Virus record (IMG/VR): IMGVR_UViG_3300030102_007128
Length of the DNA stretch: 64,000 nt
Source: an uncultured virus (IMG/VR IMGVR_UViG_3300030102_007128)
Lineage: Duplodnaviria; Heunggongvirae; Uroviricota; Caudoviricetes
Strand: one strand, 5' to 3'
The notes under the pieces are model-generated. The model was not told the DNA's origin. It searched no databases and saw only the letters and a list, made by a program, of their open reading frames with translations. Both the position numbers and the translations under genes were made by a program. Shown in pieces: positions 33,605 through 42,688 of the stretch. Numbering within the stretch: the stretch's first letter is position 1; each line of letters starts with the position of its first letter.

Positions 33605-33916
33605 ATGTTTGATGAAGCACAAGAAATAACTTTTGATAACAATAGTCAGTTAAACAAATCTAAACAAATGGTACCGCCAGATGTTCAGACAAGTATAAAT
33701 AATATTGTTAATACAAATCAATCAGATGTTGCTAAAAACGAAACTAAAGAAATGATAAAAGGTGGCGTTTTAGGAGCGGTTATTGGGGCAATATTGTGTC
33801 TTTACAGAGGTAAGAAAGTATGGTTAGGCGTGTTAGCAGGAGGTTTAGCAGGTGGATATTTAGCAAAAGAAGGTATTGTAAAAATATCTAAAGAAAAAAA
33901 AGAAGATAAAGAATGA
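33605..33916 (+). CDS. Glycine-zipper membrane protein
   Basis: GGVLGAVIG and GVLAGGLAGG segments. Confidence 0.7.
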   Translation: MFDEAQEITFDNNSQLNKSKQMVPPDVQTSINNIVNTNQSDVAKNETKEMIKGGVLGAVIGAILCLYRGKKVWLGVLAGGLAGGYLAKEGIVKISKEKKEDKE

Positions 33917-34743
33917 ATTTATTATTTAAGACAAAACAGAGGTCATTAACATTAATGATAGAAGTTGCTACAAGACAACCAGAAAAAATACAGATTGTAG
34001 TAAAAGATATCAATAAGCCTGACACAAAATATACTGATAGATATTCTACGGTAAATGGAGTTCAGAGATTTTTTGTTAGAATGCCTATTTCGCCTTACGA
34101 AGCACTTGTAAGTGTCTATAATAATAAAAATGGCAATCTGAAACAAGGAGCAGACCCTACTTTCAAAGTAATTAAAGTAGATGCTCGACCATTAGAAAGA
34201 AAAATGGATTGTGTTGATTGGAGTAATCCTAAAATAAGAGATTTTGTAGGATTTGCTCAACAATTTAGTAATAATGCAGGTATATTAAGTGCAGGAGCCT
34301 ATCCAAATGGTAGCACATATATATCTGATGAAGGTAATTTTAGAATAGATTACTTTGATAATATAAAAAGTAAACAAGGAAGAGTTATTCCCACACCCGC
34401 AAGAATAAGTCAAACAAAAGGGATTATTCAAGTAAGTAGAGACCATTTCAAGAAATTCACGGTTCCTATGAGAATGGCAATTTTACTACACGAATTTTCT
34501 CACTTCTATCTTAACGATAGAATGGAAGATGAAACAGAGGCAGATTTGAACGGATTACTTATCTACCTCGCACTCGGTTACCCGAGAATTGAAGCGTATC
34601 AGTCGTTTTTAACAACATTCAAAGACACGCCTACGCAACAAAATAAAGAGCGTTATGAGATTTTACATCAATTCATAACGAATTTTGAAAGAAATAAATT
34701 TTGCACGACACATAGTAATCCAATGTTGAGAGCAAGTAAATAA
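33913..34743 (+). CDS. Zincin metallopeptidase (candidate maturation protease)
   Basis: AILLHEFSH plus downstream ETEAD; located within the structural cluster. Confidence 0.7.
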   Translation: MNLLFKTKQRSLTLMIEVATRQPEKIQIVVKDINKPDTKYTDRYSTVNGVQRFFVRMPISPYEALVSVYNNKNGNLKQGADPTFKVIKVDARPLERKMDCVDWSNPKIRDFVGFAQQFSNNAGILSAGAYPNGSTYISDEGNFRIDYFDNIKSKQGRVIPTPARISQTKGIIQVSRDHFKKFTVPMRMAILLHEFSHFYLNDRMEDETEADLNGLLIYLALGYPRIEAYQSFLTTFKDTPTQQNKERYEILHQFITNFERNKFCTTHSNPMLRASK

Positions 34744-34753
34744 AAAGAAAAAA

Positions 34754-35335
34754 ATGAATACAGATTTTAGACCGACTAACGGAAAAGCGCCCTGGACTAA
34801 TTTTGCAGGTAATAAGTTTGATAACTTTTATGTAAATGCGGCAGGTCGTCCAGGAGACCCTTTATCTCCTGTTCCTAATATAGGAAGAAGAAGAGGGCCA
34901 GGTGGAGATAGAATTCCTACCAATACAACTTACAGAGCAGGAGGAGGTCCACGACCATATTTACCACCAATGATTGAAAGAAGTGGTGGTCCAGGTGTAG
35001 GACCTCAAGATGTTACTGGTTTAACTCCGAGAATGGCAGGTCCAATTAGACCAATATCAATAGTAGGAGATAATATGAGAACAGGAAAACCTACAACATT
35101 AGGTAGTCCAGGACCGACTATACCACCAAGACCTTTTAGATTAGGTCCACCAGAAGGACTACAATCTCATATGGCTTTTAGAACAAGAGGACCAAGAGAG
35201 AGATATGATAGATTTGATGGAGGTCAAGATATGACAAAAACAAGTGTAGGTTCTTATGTTTTAGGTATGGTATCTGTGGCGGCATTATTTTTCGTAATAG
35301 GATACGGATTACAAAAAGGAAAAGAAACAGCATAA
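34754..35335 (+). CDS. Pro/Gly/Arg-rich C-anchored membrane protein
   Basis: WTNFAG and YVNAAG motifs; C-terminal LFFVIGYG anchor. Confidence 0.7.
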   Translation: MNTDFRPTNGKAPWTNFAGNKFDNFYVNAAGRPGDPLSPVPNIGRRRGPGGDRIPTNTTYRAGGGPRPYLPPMIERSGGPGVGPQDVTGLTPRMAGPIRPISIVGDNMRTGKPTTLGSPGPTIPPRPFRLGPPEGLQSHMAFRTRGPRERYDRFDGGQDMTKTSVGSYVLGMVSVAALFFVIGYGLQKGKETA

Positions 35336-35348
35336 AAAAAATAAAATT

Positions 35349-36059
35349 ATGAATACAGGATTTACAAATGATGAAATAATTGATGTAGCCTCACAATATG
35401 GCTCATTTATGAACCAAAGTGGTAATTTCATTGATGATAATGAGAATGTCGATTTGAACAATGAAGATGTTGTAAGAGTTGCTACTTCTATGGGGATGTT
35501 TTTTAATAACACAGGGTTTATTGATGAGAACGCAAATCAACCAAGTATAACACTTGACCATCACGATAGTCGTTTAGGACCAAATATGGTTTTAGAAACT
35601 GCTGATACAGAATACTCTAATCACCCAGGATTTTTAGGAATTACTTGGAGTTCAAAGAAAAGAGAAGAACAGAGATATCAAAAAGAACTTAATAAAGTAA
35701 ATAACTCTTATCCAAATACAGGAAGTTGTGCAGTTATGACTGATAGTTTGAATAGATTAGATGATAGTATAGCCCAATTAGAAAGTGAAGAAGGAGAAGG
35801 AGGAAGAGGAGCGAGAAGAGTTCGTGCAAGAGCATTAAAAGCCAGAAATGCAAGAAGAGGAAGTGTTGCGGCAGGTCAAGAGGCGGCTTGTGCTGGTGAA
35901 CAAGCAGAAATAGACAGAATGGCTATGTGGCAAACTCAAATGATGGCACCACCAACTTCAGGACCCGCAGGAATTAGTGCTACTAATTTATTATTAGGAG
36001 TTGTAGTTTTAGGAGGTTTAGTATATGGTATAACAAGATTAGCGAGACCAAAATCTTAA
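35349..36059 (+). CDS. Membrane protein with NxxG motifs, Cys-bounded hairpin and AG-TM
   Basis: FMNQSG, FFNNTG and YSNHPG motifs; C-terminal TM. Confidence 0.7.
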   Translation: MNTGFTNDEIIDVASQYGSFMNQSGNFIDDNENVDLNNEDVVRVATSMGMFFNNTGFIDENANQPSITLDHHDSRLGPNMVLETADTEYSNHPGFLGITWSSKKREEQRYQKELNKVNNSYPNTGSCAVMTDSLNRLDDSIAQLESEEGEGGRGARRVRARALKARNARRGSVAAGQEAACAGEQAEIDRMAMWQTQMMAPPTSGPAGISATNLLLGVVVLGGLVYGITRLARPKS

Positions 36060-36071
36060 TAAAAAAAAGAA

Positions 36072-36602
36072 ATGAGGCATAAATATTATAATCAAAGTGG
36101 TAATGTGATGAAATGTAATGGTCAGTATGTTACTAATGACCCTTGCTTTCCTGTATGTAGTTTGCCTGATGGAAGTGGTTGTGATTGGGCAGGAATTTAT
36201 GGAGGAGGAATTGGAGGTCCTGCAGAACAATACTCTATTACAACTGGAGATGCTGCCGCAGGAAACACATCAACAAGAACGGTAACTCCAATGATAGACC
36301 CTTATCAAAGTATAACTCCTTCAATGTTAAGTTTTGATGGTTCAAATAGAGAAACCGGTACTGATATAGATGGTAGTCCTACTGATTTATGGTTTAATCA
36401 GAGTGGAGATAATGTAATAGAAGTAGGAGGGCATAAATACGCATTTGAGCCTGTATTAAGTTTTAGACCTACTTGTGATACGATGGACGAAAGTGGAGAT
36501 GGAATTTTTACTAATCAGGATTGTAGCCAAAGACCTGGTATCGGTGGTGTTCCTGGTTTAGGAGTATCTGCTTTAAGGTTCAAAGATGGTAAAATGTATT
36601 AA
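36072..36602 (+). CDS. Cys/Gly-rich protein with NxxG motifs
   Basis: YYNQSG and WFNQSG; shares a 22-aa block with 41067..41831. Confidence 0.65.
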   Translation: MRHKYYNQSGNVMKCNGQYVTNDPCFPVCSLPDGSGCDWAGIYGGGIGGPAEQYSITTGDAAAGNTSTRTVTPMIDPYQSITPSMLSFDGSNRETGTDIDGSPTDLWFNQSGDNVIEVGGHKYAFEPVLSFRPTCDTMDESGDGIFTNQDCSQRPGIGGVPGLGVSALRFKDGKMY

Positions 36603-36621
36603 AAAGTAAAAAAAAAAGGTT

Positions 36622-37206
36622 ATGTTTTTGAATGAAAGTTTTATAGATAATGGAGGTATGATGTCAATGACCGTTGATGGTTATAGTGATGAGAATTTTT
36701 TATATCATCCTGGTTTTATAGGAGGAACTTGGGTAAAAGATTTATTTCAGCCTAAAAAAGCAGAAAATGATAGATATAATGATGAATATGCGGAACAAAA
36801 GGCAAATTGTGATTACGCACCAGATGATAGTTGTGCCGATTTACAAGATTGTAAAAATTATTTTCAAAACATTATAAATAATAATGGTGGAAACTCAAGA
36901 GTTCCCAAAAGAAAAAGAAAGGCTGCTAAAAACCATATGGATAAAGTTAATGGTTATATAGCCGCAAGAGAGTGTGATGGAGCAACTTCAGGTATAGATG
37001 AGGCTCAAAATCAAGTGATTGTATATGAGAAGGAACTTGAAGAATTGAAGTATCAAAGAGAACAAGATAGATTGCAATCAGAAAAAGAATTTTCTCAAAT
37101 GATGGAAATGAATAGATTACAATCTGAAAGAGATAAAAAAATGATGATGTATGTCGGTTTAGGTTTAGCCGGTGTTGTTGTCGTAAGTTTAATAACAAGA
37201 AAATAA
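36622..37206 (+). CDS. C-anchored membrane protein with Cys-bounded hairpin and coiled coil
   Basis: HPGFIGG; same architecture as 35349 and 53363. Confidence 0.7.
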   Translation: MFLNESFIDNGGMMSMTVDGYSDENFLYHPGFIGGTWVKDLFQPKKAENDRYNDEYAEQKANCDYAPDDSCADLQDCKNYFQNIINNNGGNSRVPKRKRKAAKNHMDKVNGYIAARECDGATSGIDEAQNQVIVYEKELEELKYQREQDRLQSEKEFSQMMEMNRLQSERDKKMMMYVGLGLAGVVVVSLITRK

Positions 37207-37226
37207 CAAATAGTAATAAATTAAAA

Positions 37227-37586
37227 ATGAAAAAAATGACTGCAAATCAAATTTACAAGTTATCAGGTTCAAAAACTCCATTCGCAGAGTGGATAGGTGA
37301 ACAAAAAACTAAATACGGTGAAAAATTCATAGAAAATGAAGAGTTTATGAATATGGCCGGTAATTTTATTGGAGATGAAATGCCAAGAAGTCCACAACAA
37401 GTAGTTATGGAAAATGCTGATGAGAACATACAATATCCTCAAGGAGCAGGTATTTCTACTGAAATTGAACTTGGTGGAAGTGAAGTTTCTGCAAGTGCAG
37501 GAGTAAGTGGCTTAAGAAATCTTGTATTTATTGTTGGTGGTGTTGTATTAGCCGTTTACGCTTACAATAGATTTATAAAAAAATAA
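37227..37586 (+). CDS. Small C-anchored membrane protein
   Basis: FMNMAG motif; SAG-TM-KK. Confidence 0.7.
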   Translation: MKKMTANQIYKLSGSKTPFAEWIGEQKTKYGEKFIENEEFMNMAGNFIGDEMPRSPQQVVMENADENIQYPQGAGISTEIELGGSEVSASAGVSGLRNLVFIVGGVVLAVYAYNRFIKK

Positions 37587-37587
37587 A

Positions 37588-38082
37588 ATGGATAATAAAA
37601 AAATAATTATAGGAATTTCAGGCGTTGTAATTGTAGGTGTAGGAATATATCTTGTTACAAGAAAGGCTAAACCTACGCCTCCACCAAATAATTTGCCTGA
37701 CAATACAGGTCTTAACGACCCTACCACTATGGCAACAGACACATTAGGAGGTCAGTTAGGTAATTTCTTCACAAGTTTGATAGGTAATTGGAATAAAAGT
37801 AATAATCCAACAAATCCAAAGTTAAACGACCCAGGATGTCAAAACATACCTGCTGACCCTTATGTTGGCGACGCTGTTAATAAAGCAAATTACTCAAGTG
37901 AACAAATAAAGAAAATGCAAACTACTTTAGTGAGTTTTGGTGAGCCTATATCAGGTTTTATAAATAACACAGGTGGTATTGATGGTAAAATAGGCGATGG
38001 ATTCAAATCTGCTTATAATACTGCAAGAAAATCGTGTTATATAACAGGAATAAGTGATTTAGAAAAACAATCAGGAATATAA
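37588..38082 (+). CDS. N-anchored protein with divergent peptidoglycan-binding-like domain
   Basis: QIKKMQTTL...GIDGKIGDGFKSAY resembles PG_binding_1. Confidence 0.55.
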   Translation: MDNKKIIIGISGVVIVGVGIYLVTRKAKPTPPPNNLPDNTGLNDPTTMATDTLGGQLGNFFTSLIGNWNKSNNPTNPKLNDPGCQNIPADPYVGDAVNKANYSSEQIKKMQTTLVSFGEPISGFINNTGGIDGKIGDGFKSAYNTARKSCYITGISDLEKQSGI

Positions 38083-38588
38083 TGGCATTTATAAATAACT
38101 ATAAAGATAATTTTTTACCAAGTTCAAATCCTTGGGAAGATGATATTACTACATACAATGTGCCTAAAAAAAGAGCATTGAATAAATTAAGTAATATGGA
38201 CTATGATACATTAAATTCATTATTAGATGAAATGGCAAGTGTATATAAAACAATGCCAATGTGTCCAGACAAGGTAAGAATGAAGAAAAAAATGATGGCT
38301 CTAATTCAAGAAATAAAGAAAAGAGATGATTTAGAAGTTATTACAAAAGATGAAAGAGATGATAATTTTGAAATGCCTTTAGACCCACCACCAATGACTA
38401 CTACAACCGCAGTCGAAAATCCAGTAGTTACTATGGTAAATGATACAAGTGATGATTTGATACTCGAAGAGTGTGATGATGATATTGATTTAGATGATGA
38501 AATGGTGCCGCCGTCTAATGATATGACTAATTTTTTGATAGCAGGCGCCTTAATAATTTTAATAATTTCAATAACAAACAAAAAGTAA
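38082..38588 (+). CDS. C-anchored acidic membrane protein
   Basis: C-terminal TM followed by KK. Confidence 0.7.
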   Translation: MAFINNYKDNFLPSSNPWEDDITTYNVPKKRALNKLSNMDYDTLNSLLDEMASVYKTMPMCPDKVRMKKKMMALIQEIKKRDDLEVITKDERDDNFEMPLDPPPMTTTTAVENPVVTMVNDTSDDLILEECDDDIDLDDEMVPPSNDMTNFLIAGALIILIISITNKK

Positions 38589-38592
38589 AAAA

Positions 38593-38997
38593 ATGGACAA
38601 AAAAACAATGATGTATTTAGGTATTGGTGTAGGCGCAGCCGCACTTATCTATTTTATGATGAGAAGAAAAGATGAGCCTATGGGACCAGGTAGTAGAATG
38701 ATGGACCCAACTCTTGACCCAACTATGACACCTCCAGCACCATCTTATACTAACAATATAGCAATAAGTAACGCTTCAGGCTTAGGTTTATATAAATGGT
38801 ATGGAGTAGAAAGTAAAGATAGAGCAAAATTTGATGCGAGTGCACAAATTGGAACTTCGGGTATGATTAACGGAAGTCAACCTTGCACTATTAATGATTT
38901 TTGGATTGATGGAAATGGTAAAAAAGGAGCATTCAGATGTGAAGAGATTTCGGTAGGAAATTATGACATTCCTGGAGGTTCAAGATTGGAATATTAA
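38593..38997 (+). CDS. N-anchored protein, paralogue of 49680..50042
   Basis: Shared GMING.Q.CTI...AF.CEEI..G.Y.I..GS domain. Confidence 0.7.
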   Translation: MDKKTMMYLGIGVGAAALIYFMMRRKDEPMGPGSRMMDPTLDPTMTPPAPSYTNNIAISNASGLGLYKWYGVESKDRAKFDASAQIGTSGMINGSQPCTINDFWIDGNGKKGAFRCEEISVGNYDIPGGSRLEY

Positions 38998-39000
38998 AAA

Positions 39001-39423
39001 ATGAGTAAAGCAATCTGTCTAAATATACCAGGCGTTAATAGTAGTGCCGCACAATGGATTTCTTGGCATAAGGCATTGAAATCTTGTGTTGGCAAGAAAA
39101 ATGCTAATCAATTATTTGTTATGCAATATGACAAAGTAAATTTTGACGCTAATGTAGAGTTGAGAGAGTATATGAGAAGTCAAGGAGTAGATTTAGATAG
39201 AGATGTTTTAGATAGAGCCGTAGATTTCGGTTCAGGTGTTTATAATTGGGCTGGTGGAGTTTTCGAAATTGGTTCAGGTATAAGTATAATATTAGTTGTT
39301 ATGATTTTAGGTTCAGTAGGTTTCTTATTATATAATATAGGAAAAGACCCTGACACAGCAGTTAGAGCCGGAAGTGCCATAGCAACGAGAGGTATGTCAG
39401 AAGTGGCGGCACCAAAAAAATAA
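39001..39423 (+). CDS. Membrane protein
   Basis: WISWHKALK N-domain; TM near the C-terminus. Confidence 0.7.
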   Translation: MSKAICLNIPGVNSSAAQWISWHKALKSCVGKKNANQLFVMQYDKVNFDANVELREYMRSQGVDLDRDVLDRAVDFGSGVYNWAGGVFEIGSGISIILVVMILGSVGFLLYNIGKDPDTAVRAGSAIATRGMSEVAAPKK

Positions 39424-39436
39424 GAATGAATAAATT

Positions 39437-39919
39437 ATGAAAAAAACAACCAAAATACAGATAGCAGGAGGAGTTTTACTTCTCTCCGCAGGTTATTTAA
39501 TTGTTCGTTCTATACAAAGAAAGAAATTATTTAATGAGATAGCCGAAAAGATAGGTCCAGCATCAAACTTATCTTTAAGTTCTTTCCAAGATTATTTTAA
39601 CCCAGCATATGCAGAAAGTCCAACTGGATATAGTGTTACAATGGGTCCTTATATTAGACAAGGAGATACAAATCTTAATAGGTGGGCTAACTCTCTTTAT
39701 GATTTCGCAGGAATTATTGATGATGATGAAGGTGAAGTTTATGGTGTTCTTAATGCTTTACCTGATGCTGTTGCTGTTAGTGAAGTAGCAGGAAAGTTTC
39801 AAAGAAGACACAACAAAGATTTATTAGAGTATTTGAATAAATATATGGATACAAAAGGAGAACAAAGTAAAATGGCAGCGATTATATCAAAAAAGCCACC
39901 ATTTAGATTAACTAATTAA
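39437..39919 (+). CDS. N-anchored protein with annexin-like repeat
   Basis: ANSLYDFAGIIDDDEGEVYGVL...SEVAGKFQRRHNKDLLEYL resembles the annexin repeat consensus. Confidence 0.55.
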   Translation: MKKTTKIQIAGGVLLLSAGYLIVRSIQRKKLFNEIAEKIGPASNLSLSSFQDYFNPAYAESPTGYSVTMGPYIRQGDTNLNRWANSLYDFAGIIDDDEGEVYGVLNALPDAVAVSEVAGKFQRRHNKDLLEYLNKYMDTKGEQSKMAAIISKKPPFRLTN

Positions 39920-39922
39920 TAT

Positions 39923-40969
39923 ATGGATAGAAAATTAAAAATAGGATTGTATAGTTTTGGAGGATTAGTTGTCGCAACAGGAATATTCTTTGGTATTAGA
40001 GCGATAATCAAGGCTCAAAAAGCAAAAAGAGAAAAAGATGACTTACAGAGAAAAGAAGATTTGAACGAACTTACTACTGAAGAAAGACAGAGGTTGAATG
40101 AATTAGAAAAAAAATTCGAACTTATGGATGGCGAGAAAACTTCTGACAATATGAGAGTTTGTGCCTTTCCATTAGGAAATAACGCAGGAGGTAATAAAGG
40201 ATGTAAAGAAGTTGCTCAAATACAATTAGCAATGAATAAAAAACATTTACCTGGCAGAGGAACAGAAGTTTGGGCTTGTAATGGTACAAGTCAAGAATTA
40301 GTTGTTGATGGTCAAATGGGTTCTAAAACAATGACTGCGATAGCAAGATTTTACGGTTTCTGTTGTAAAAGCACAGGTTTTCTGTATGAAGTATGTAATT
40401 GCACAAAGTGTAGTATTGATAAATCTAAATTAAACCAAATTATAAAAGGAGCAGATGTTAGTGATAGTGCGTTAGAGGCAGCAGGATTTGATGTATATAG
40501 TTCTTATTCAGGTTTTGATGGTAGTGGTTTTCTGAACTTTACTTTATCTGATAAAGAAGAATTACGAGGTGAAGGAGGACTACAATGGAGAGACCAACAA
40601 GGTCCTTTAGGTGACTTTTTCGCAAACAGATATGACTTTACAGATGATTATCCACCTGTAAGTAATTTAGAACACGCTTACGGACAAGGAAAGGGATTTG
40701 GATTTAATGGTTATAGTAATCAAGTAGGTAATATAAGACCTGATTTAGGTGGAGGTTTCTCATCTTTTCAAAATAGAATGATGAATATGGGTTGTAATGG
40801 TCTTATTTCTCGTAGAGATGTTTTACAATCTAAATTGAATAGATTTGATACATTAGGTATAAGACCTAATCAGAGAATACAATTACAAGAGAAAATAGAT
40901 TTTATTAATAGTCAATTACAACAAAAAAATTGTGATTTGATGTTTAGTGGTATGAATGAAATAGTGTAA
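39923..40969 (+). CDS. N-anchored protein with Cys-decorated PG-binding-like domain and C-terminal Cys hairpin
   Basis: FPL...EVAQIQLAMN...LVVDGQMGSKT; YSNQVG; GCNGL...KNC. Confidence 0.65.
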   Translation: MDRKLKIGLYSFGGLVVATGIFFGIRAIIKAQKAKREKDDLQRKEDLNELTTEERQRLNELEKKFELMDGEKTSDNMRVCAFPLGNNAGGNKGCKEVAQIQLAMNKKHLPGRGTEVWACNGTSQELVVDGQMGSKTMTAIARFYGFCCKSTGFLYEVCNCTKCSIDKSKLNQIIKGADVSDSALEAAGFDVYSSYSGFDGSGFLNFTLSDKEELRGEGGLQWRDQQGPLGDFFANRYDFTDDYPPVSNLEHAYGQGKGFGFNGYSNQVGNIRPDLGGGFSSFQNRMMNMGCNGLISRRDVLQSKLNRFDTLGIRPNQRIQLQEKIDFINSQLQQKNCDLMFSGMNEIV

Positions 40970-40977
40970 ACAAAAAC

Positions 40978-41028
40978 GGAGAGAGGGCTCTTATGAGTTT
41001 GGGGAGGGTGTGTCCCCATTCTTTCTCC
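40978..41028 (+). ncRNA. GC-rich three-way-junction RNA element (intergenic or 5' UTR)
   Basis: GGAGAGAG/CTTTCTCC closing stem with inner hairpins GGCTC-TTAT-GAGTT and TGGGGA-N7-TCCCCA. Confidence 0.45.
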
Positions 41029-41066
41029 ACTTAATTAAAAATATTAACATATAAATAATAACAAAA

Positions 41067-41831
41067 ATGAATAGTAAATATTACAATTTCGATGGCTCTA
41101 ATAGAGAAACGGGAACTGATATGGACGGAGGACCATCTGATATCTGGTTTAACCAGCAAGGTCCTGAAGCACAAGCGCCATCAGGTTATCCAACCTGTGC
41201 CTCAACACAAGGTCAATGCCCTTGCTCGTATGGAGGTTGTATGGACCCTGCGGCAACAAACTATGACCCAAATGCTACTTGTGATGATGGTAGTTGTATA
41301 GCAGTAGTATCAGGATGTACCGACCCTAACTCTACTAACTATAATCCTTCAGCAAATACTGATGACGGAACTTGTTATACAGCAGTTTCTGGTTGTACCG
41401 ACCCAACTGCATCCAATTACAATCCTTTAGCAAACACAGATTGTGCTGGAAATTATTTAGGAGGACCTGTTGGTCCTTTACAAAATCAAGGACAACAACA
41501 AAACCAACAAGCCGCAGCGTTTAGTGGTTATTCTAACTTTAACACAGGATTTACTCCTAACCCAAATGCGCCAATGACAATATCAACAAGTCATCATTTA
41601 AGTGCGGCAGGTAGTGGATGTGGTTATTCTAATTTTAATACAGGTTTTGTTCCTGACCCTAATGCTCCAATGACAATATCTACAAGTCATCACTTAAGTA
41701 TGGCAGGTAGTGGAACAGATTGGCAGAATACAGGTTATTCAGGAACAGATTGGCAAGAGTATAGTGAAATGGCAGGAACTGATTGGCAAAGACAAGGCTA
41801 TTCAGGAACTTCTTGGCAAGAAGATTTATAA
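41067..41831 (+). CDS. Repeat protein with three GC[TM]DP..NY.P.A..D repeats and multiple NxxG-type motifs
   Basis: Translation; duplicated PNAPMTISTSHHLS and GTDWQ units. Confidence 0.75.
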   Translation: MNSKYYNFDGSNRETGTDMDGGPSDIWFNQQGPEAQAPSGYPTCASTQGQCPCSYGGCMDPAATNYDPNATCDDGSCIAVVSGCTDPNSTNYNPSANTDDGTCYTAVSGCTDPTASNYNPLANTDCAGNYLGGPVGPLQNQGQQQNQQAAAFSGYSNFNTGFTPNPNAPMTISTSHHLSAAGSGCGYSNFNTGFVPDPNAPMTISTSHHLSMAGSGTDWQNTGYSGTDWQEYSEMAGTDWQRQGYSGTSWQEDL

Positions 41832-41850
41832 TAAATAAAAAAGTAATAAA

Positions 41851-42102
41851 ATGACAAGATTTGCACAAGGAACCGACCCTGAATACATAAAAAAAGTCAA
41901 TGAGGCTATGTATGGAAAAGGTAAAGATAATGAAGAAGTAAAAAAAGAATTAATTGAAGAGGCTGAAGAAATTTTAGAAAAAAACAATAATGTAAAAACT
42001 GCTGGTATAGGAGGTAATAAAACTATTATGTTTCTCTTAATCGGTGGAATAGTTTTGTTTTACTTAAATAAACAAGGTTTTTTCAAAAAAATATTAAAAT
42101 AA
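41851..42102 (+). CDS. Small C-anchored membrane protein
   Basis: KTAGIGG followed by TM and basic tail. Confidence 0.7.
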   Translation: MTRFAQGTDPEYIKKVNEAMYGKGKDNEEVKKELIEEAEEILEKNNNVKTAGIGGNKTIMFLLIGGIVLFYLNKQGFFKKILK

Positions 42103-42108
42103 AATAAT

Positions 42109-42672
42109 ATGATAGGTTTTAGAAGAAGAGTAGCGAAATTAAGTTGTAAATCTTTAAGAAGAGTTAGAATTAGGCTTGCTATTAAAATTAGACAATTAGA
42201 TACTAATAACATTTTTCAACTTTTATCTCCAAATAGAGCCAGAATGATAAAAGTGTTAAAATCAAGATTAAAATATGTTAATAAGGTATATAGAGCAAAA
42301 TGTAGATTAAATTCAAGTGGAAGTTTCTTAAATCAAATTGGAGGAATACCTATTCCACCACCACCTTCAAATGCTACTATACCAGGTCAACCATATACAT
42401 CAATACCAAGACCTGGAGGACCAATTATGCCTATACCAAGACCAACACCACCGGTTTTGCCACCACCCCTACCAAGTGTTCCTTTTCATACTCATAATAT
42501 AGTAGATACTAATATAAGAAGAACAGGAGGTCCAATAGCAAGTCCTTATAGAGTTCCTGTACCAAGAGGAAACTATACTAATACACCAGGAACTTTACCT
42601 ACGGGTAGTGTAACACCTATGAGTATGTTTTCCGGTAATTCGACTTGGTTCAGTAGTGTAGATATGAAATAA
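42109..42672 (+). CDS. Basic Cys-hairpin plus Pro-rich protein
   Basis: Arg/Lys-rich N-half bounded by Cys; Pro-rich C-half. Confidence 0.65.
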   Translation: MIGFRRRVAKLSCKSLRRVRIRLAIKIRQLDTNNIFQLLSPNRARMIKVLKSRLKYVNKVYRAKCRLNSSGSFLNQIGGIPIPPPPSNATIPGQPYTSIPRPGGPIMPIPRPTPPVLPPPLPSVPFHTHNIVDTNIRRTGGPIASPYRVPVPRGNYTNTPGTLPTGSVTPMSMFSGNSTWFSSVDMK

Positions 42673-42688
42673 TAAAACAAAAAAGAAT

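Noticed and set aside
40978..41028. Hammerhead ribozyme or tRNA
   Set aside because: CTTATGA differs from the CUGANGA core, no correctly placed GAAA exists, and there is no cloverleaf or T-loop.
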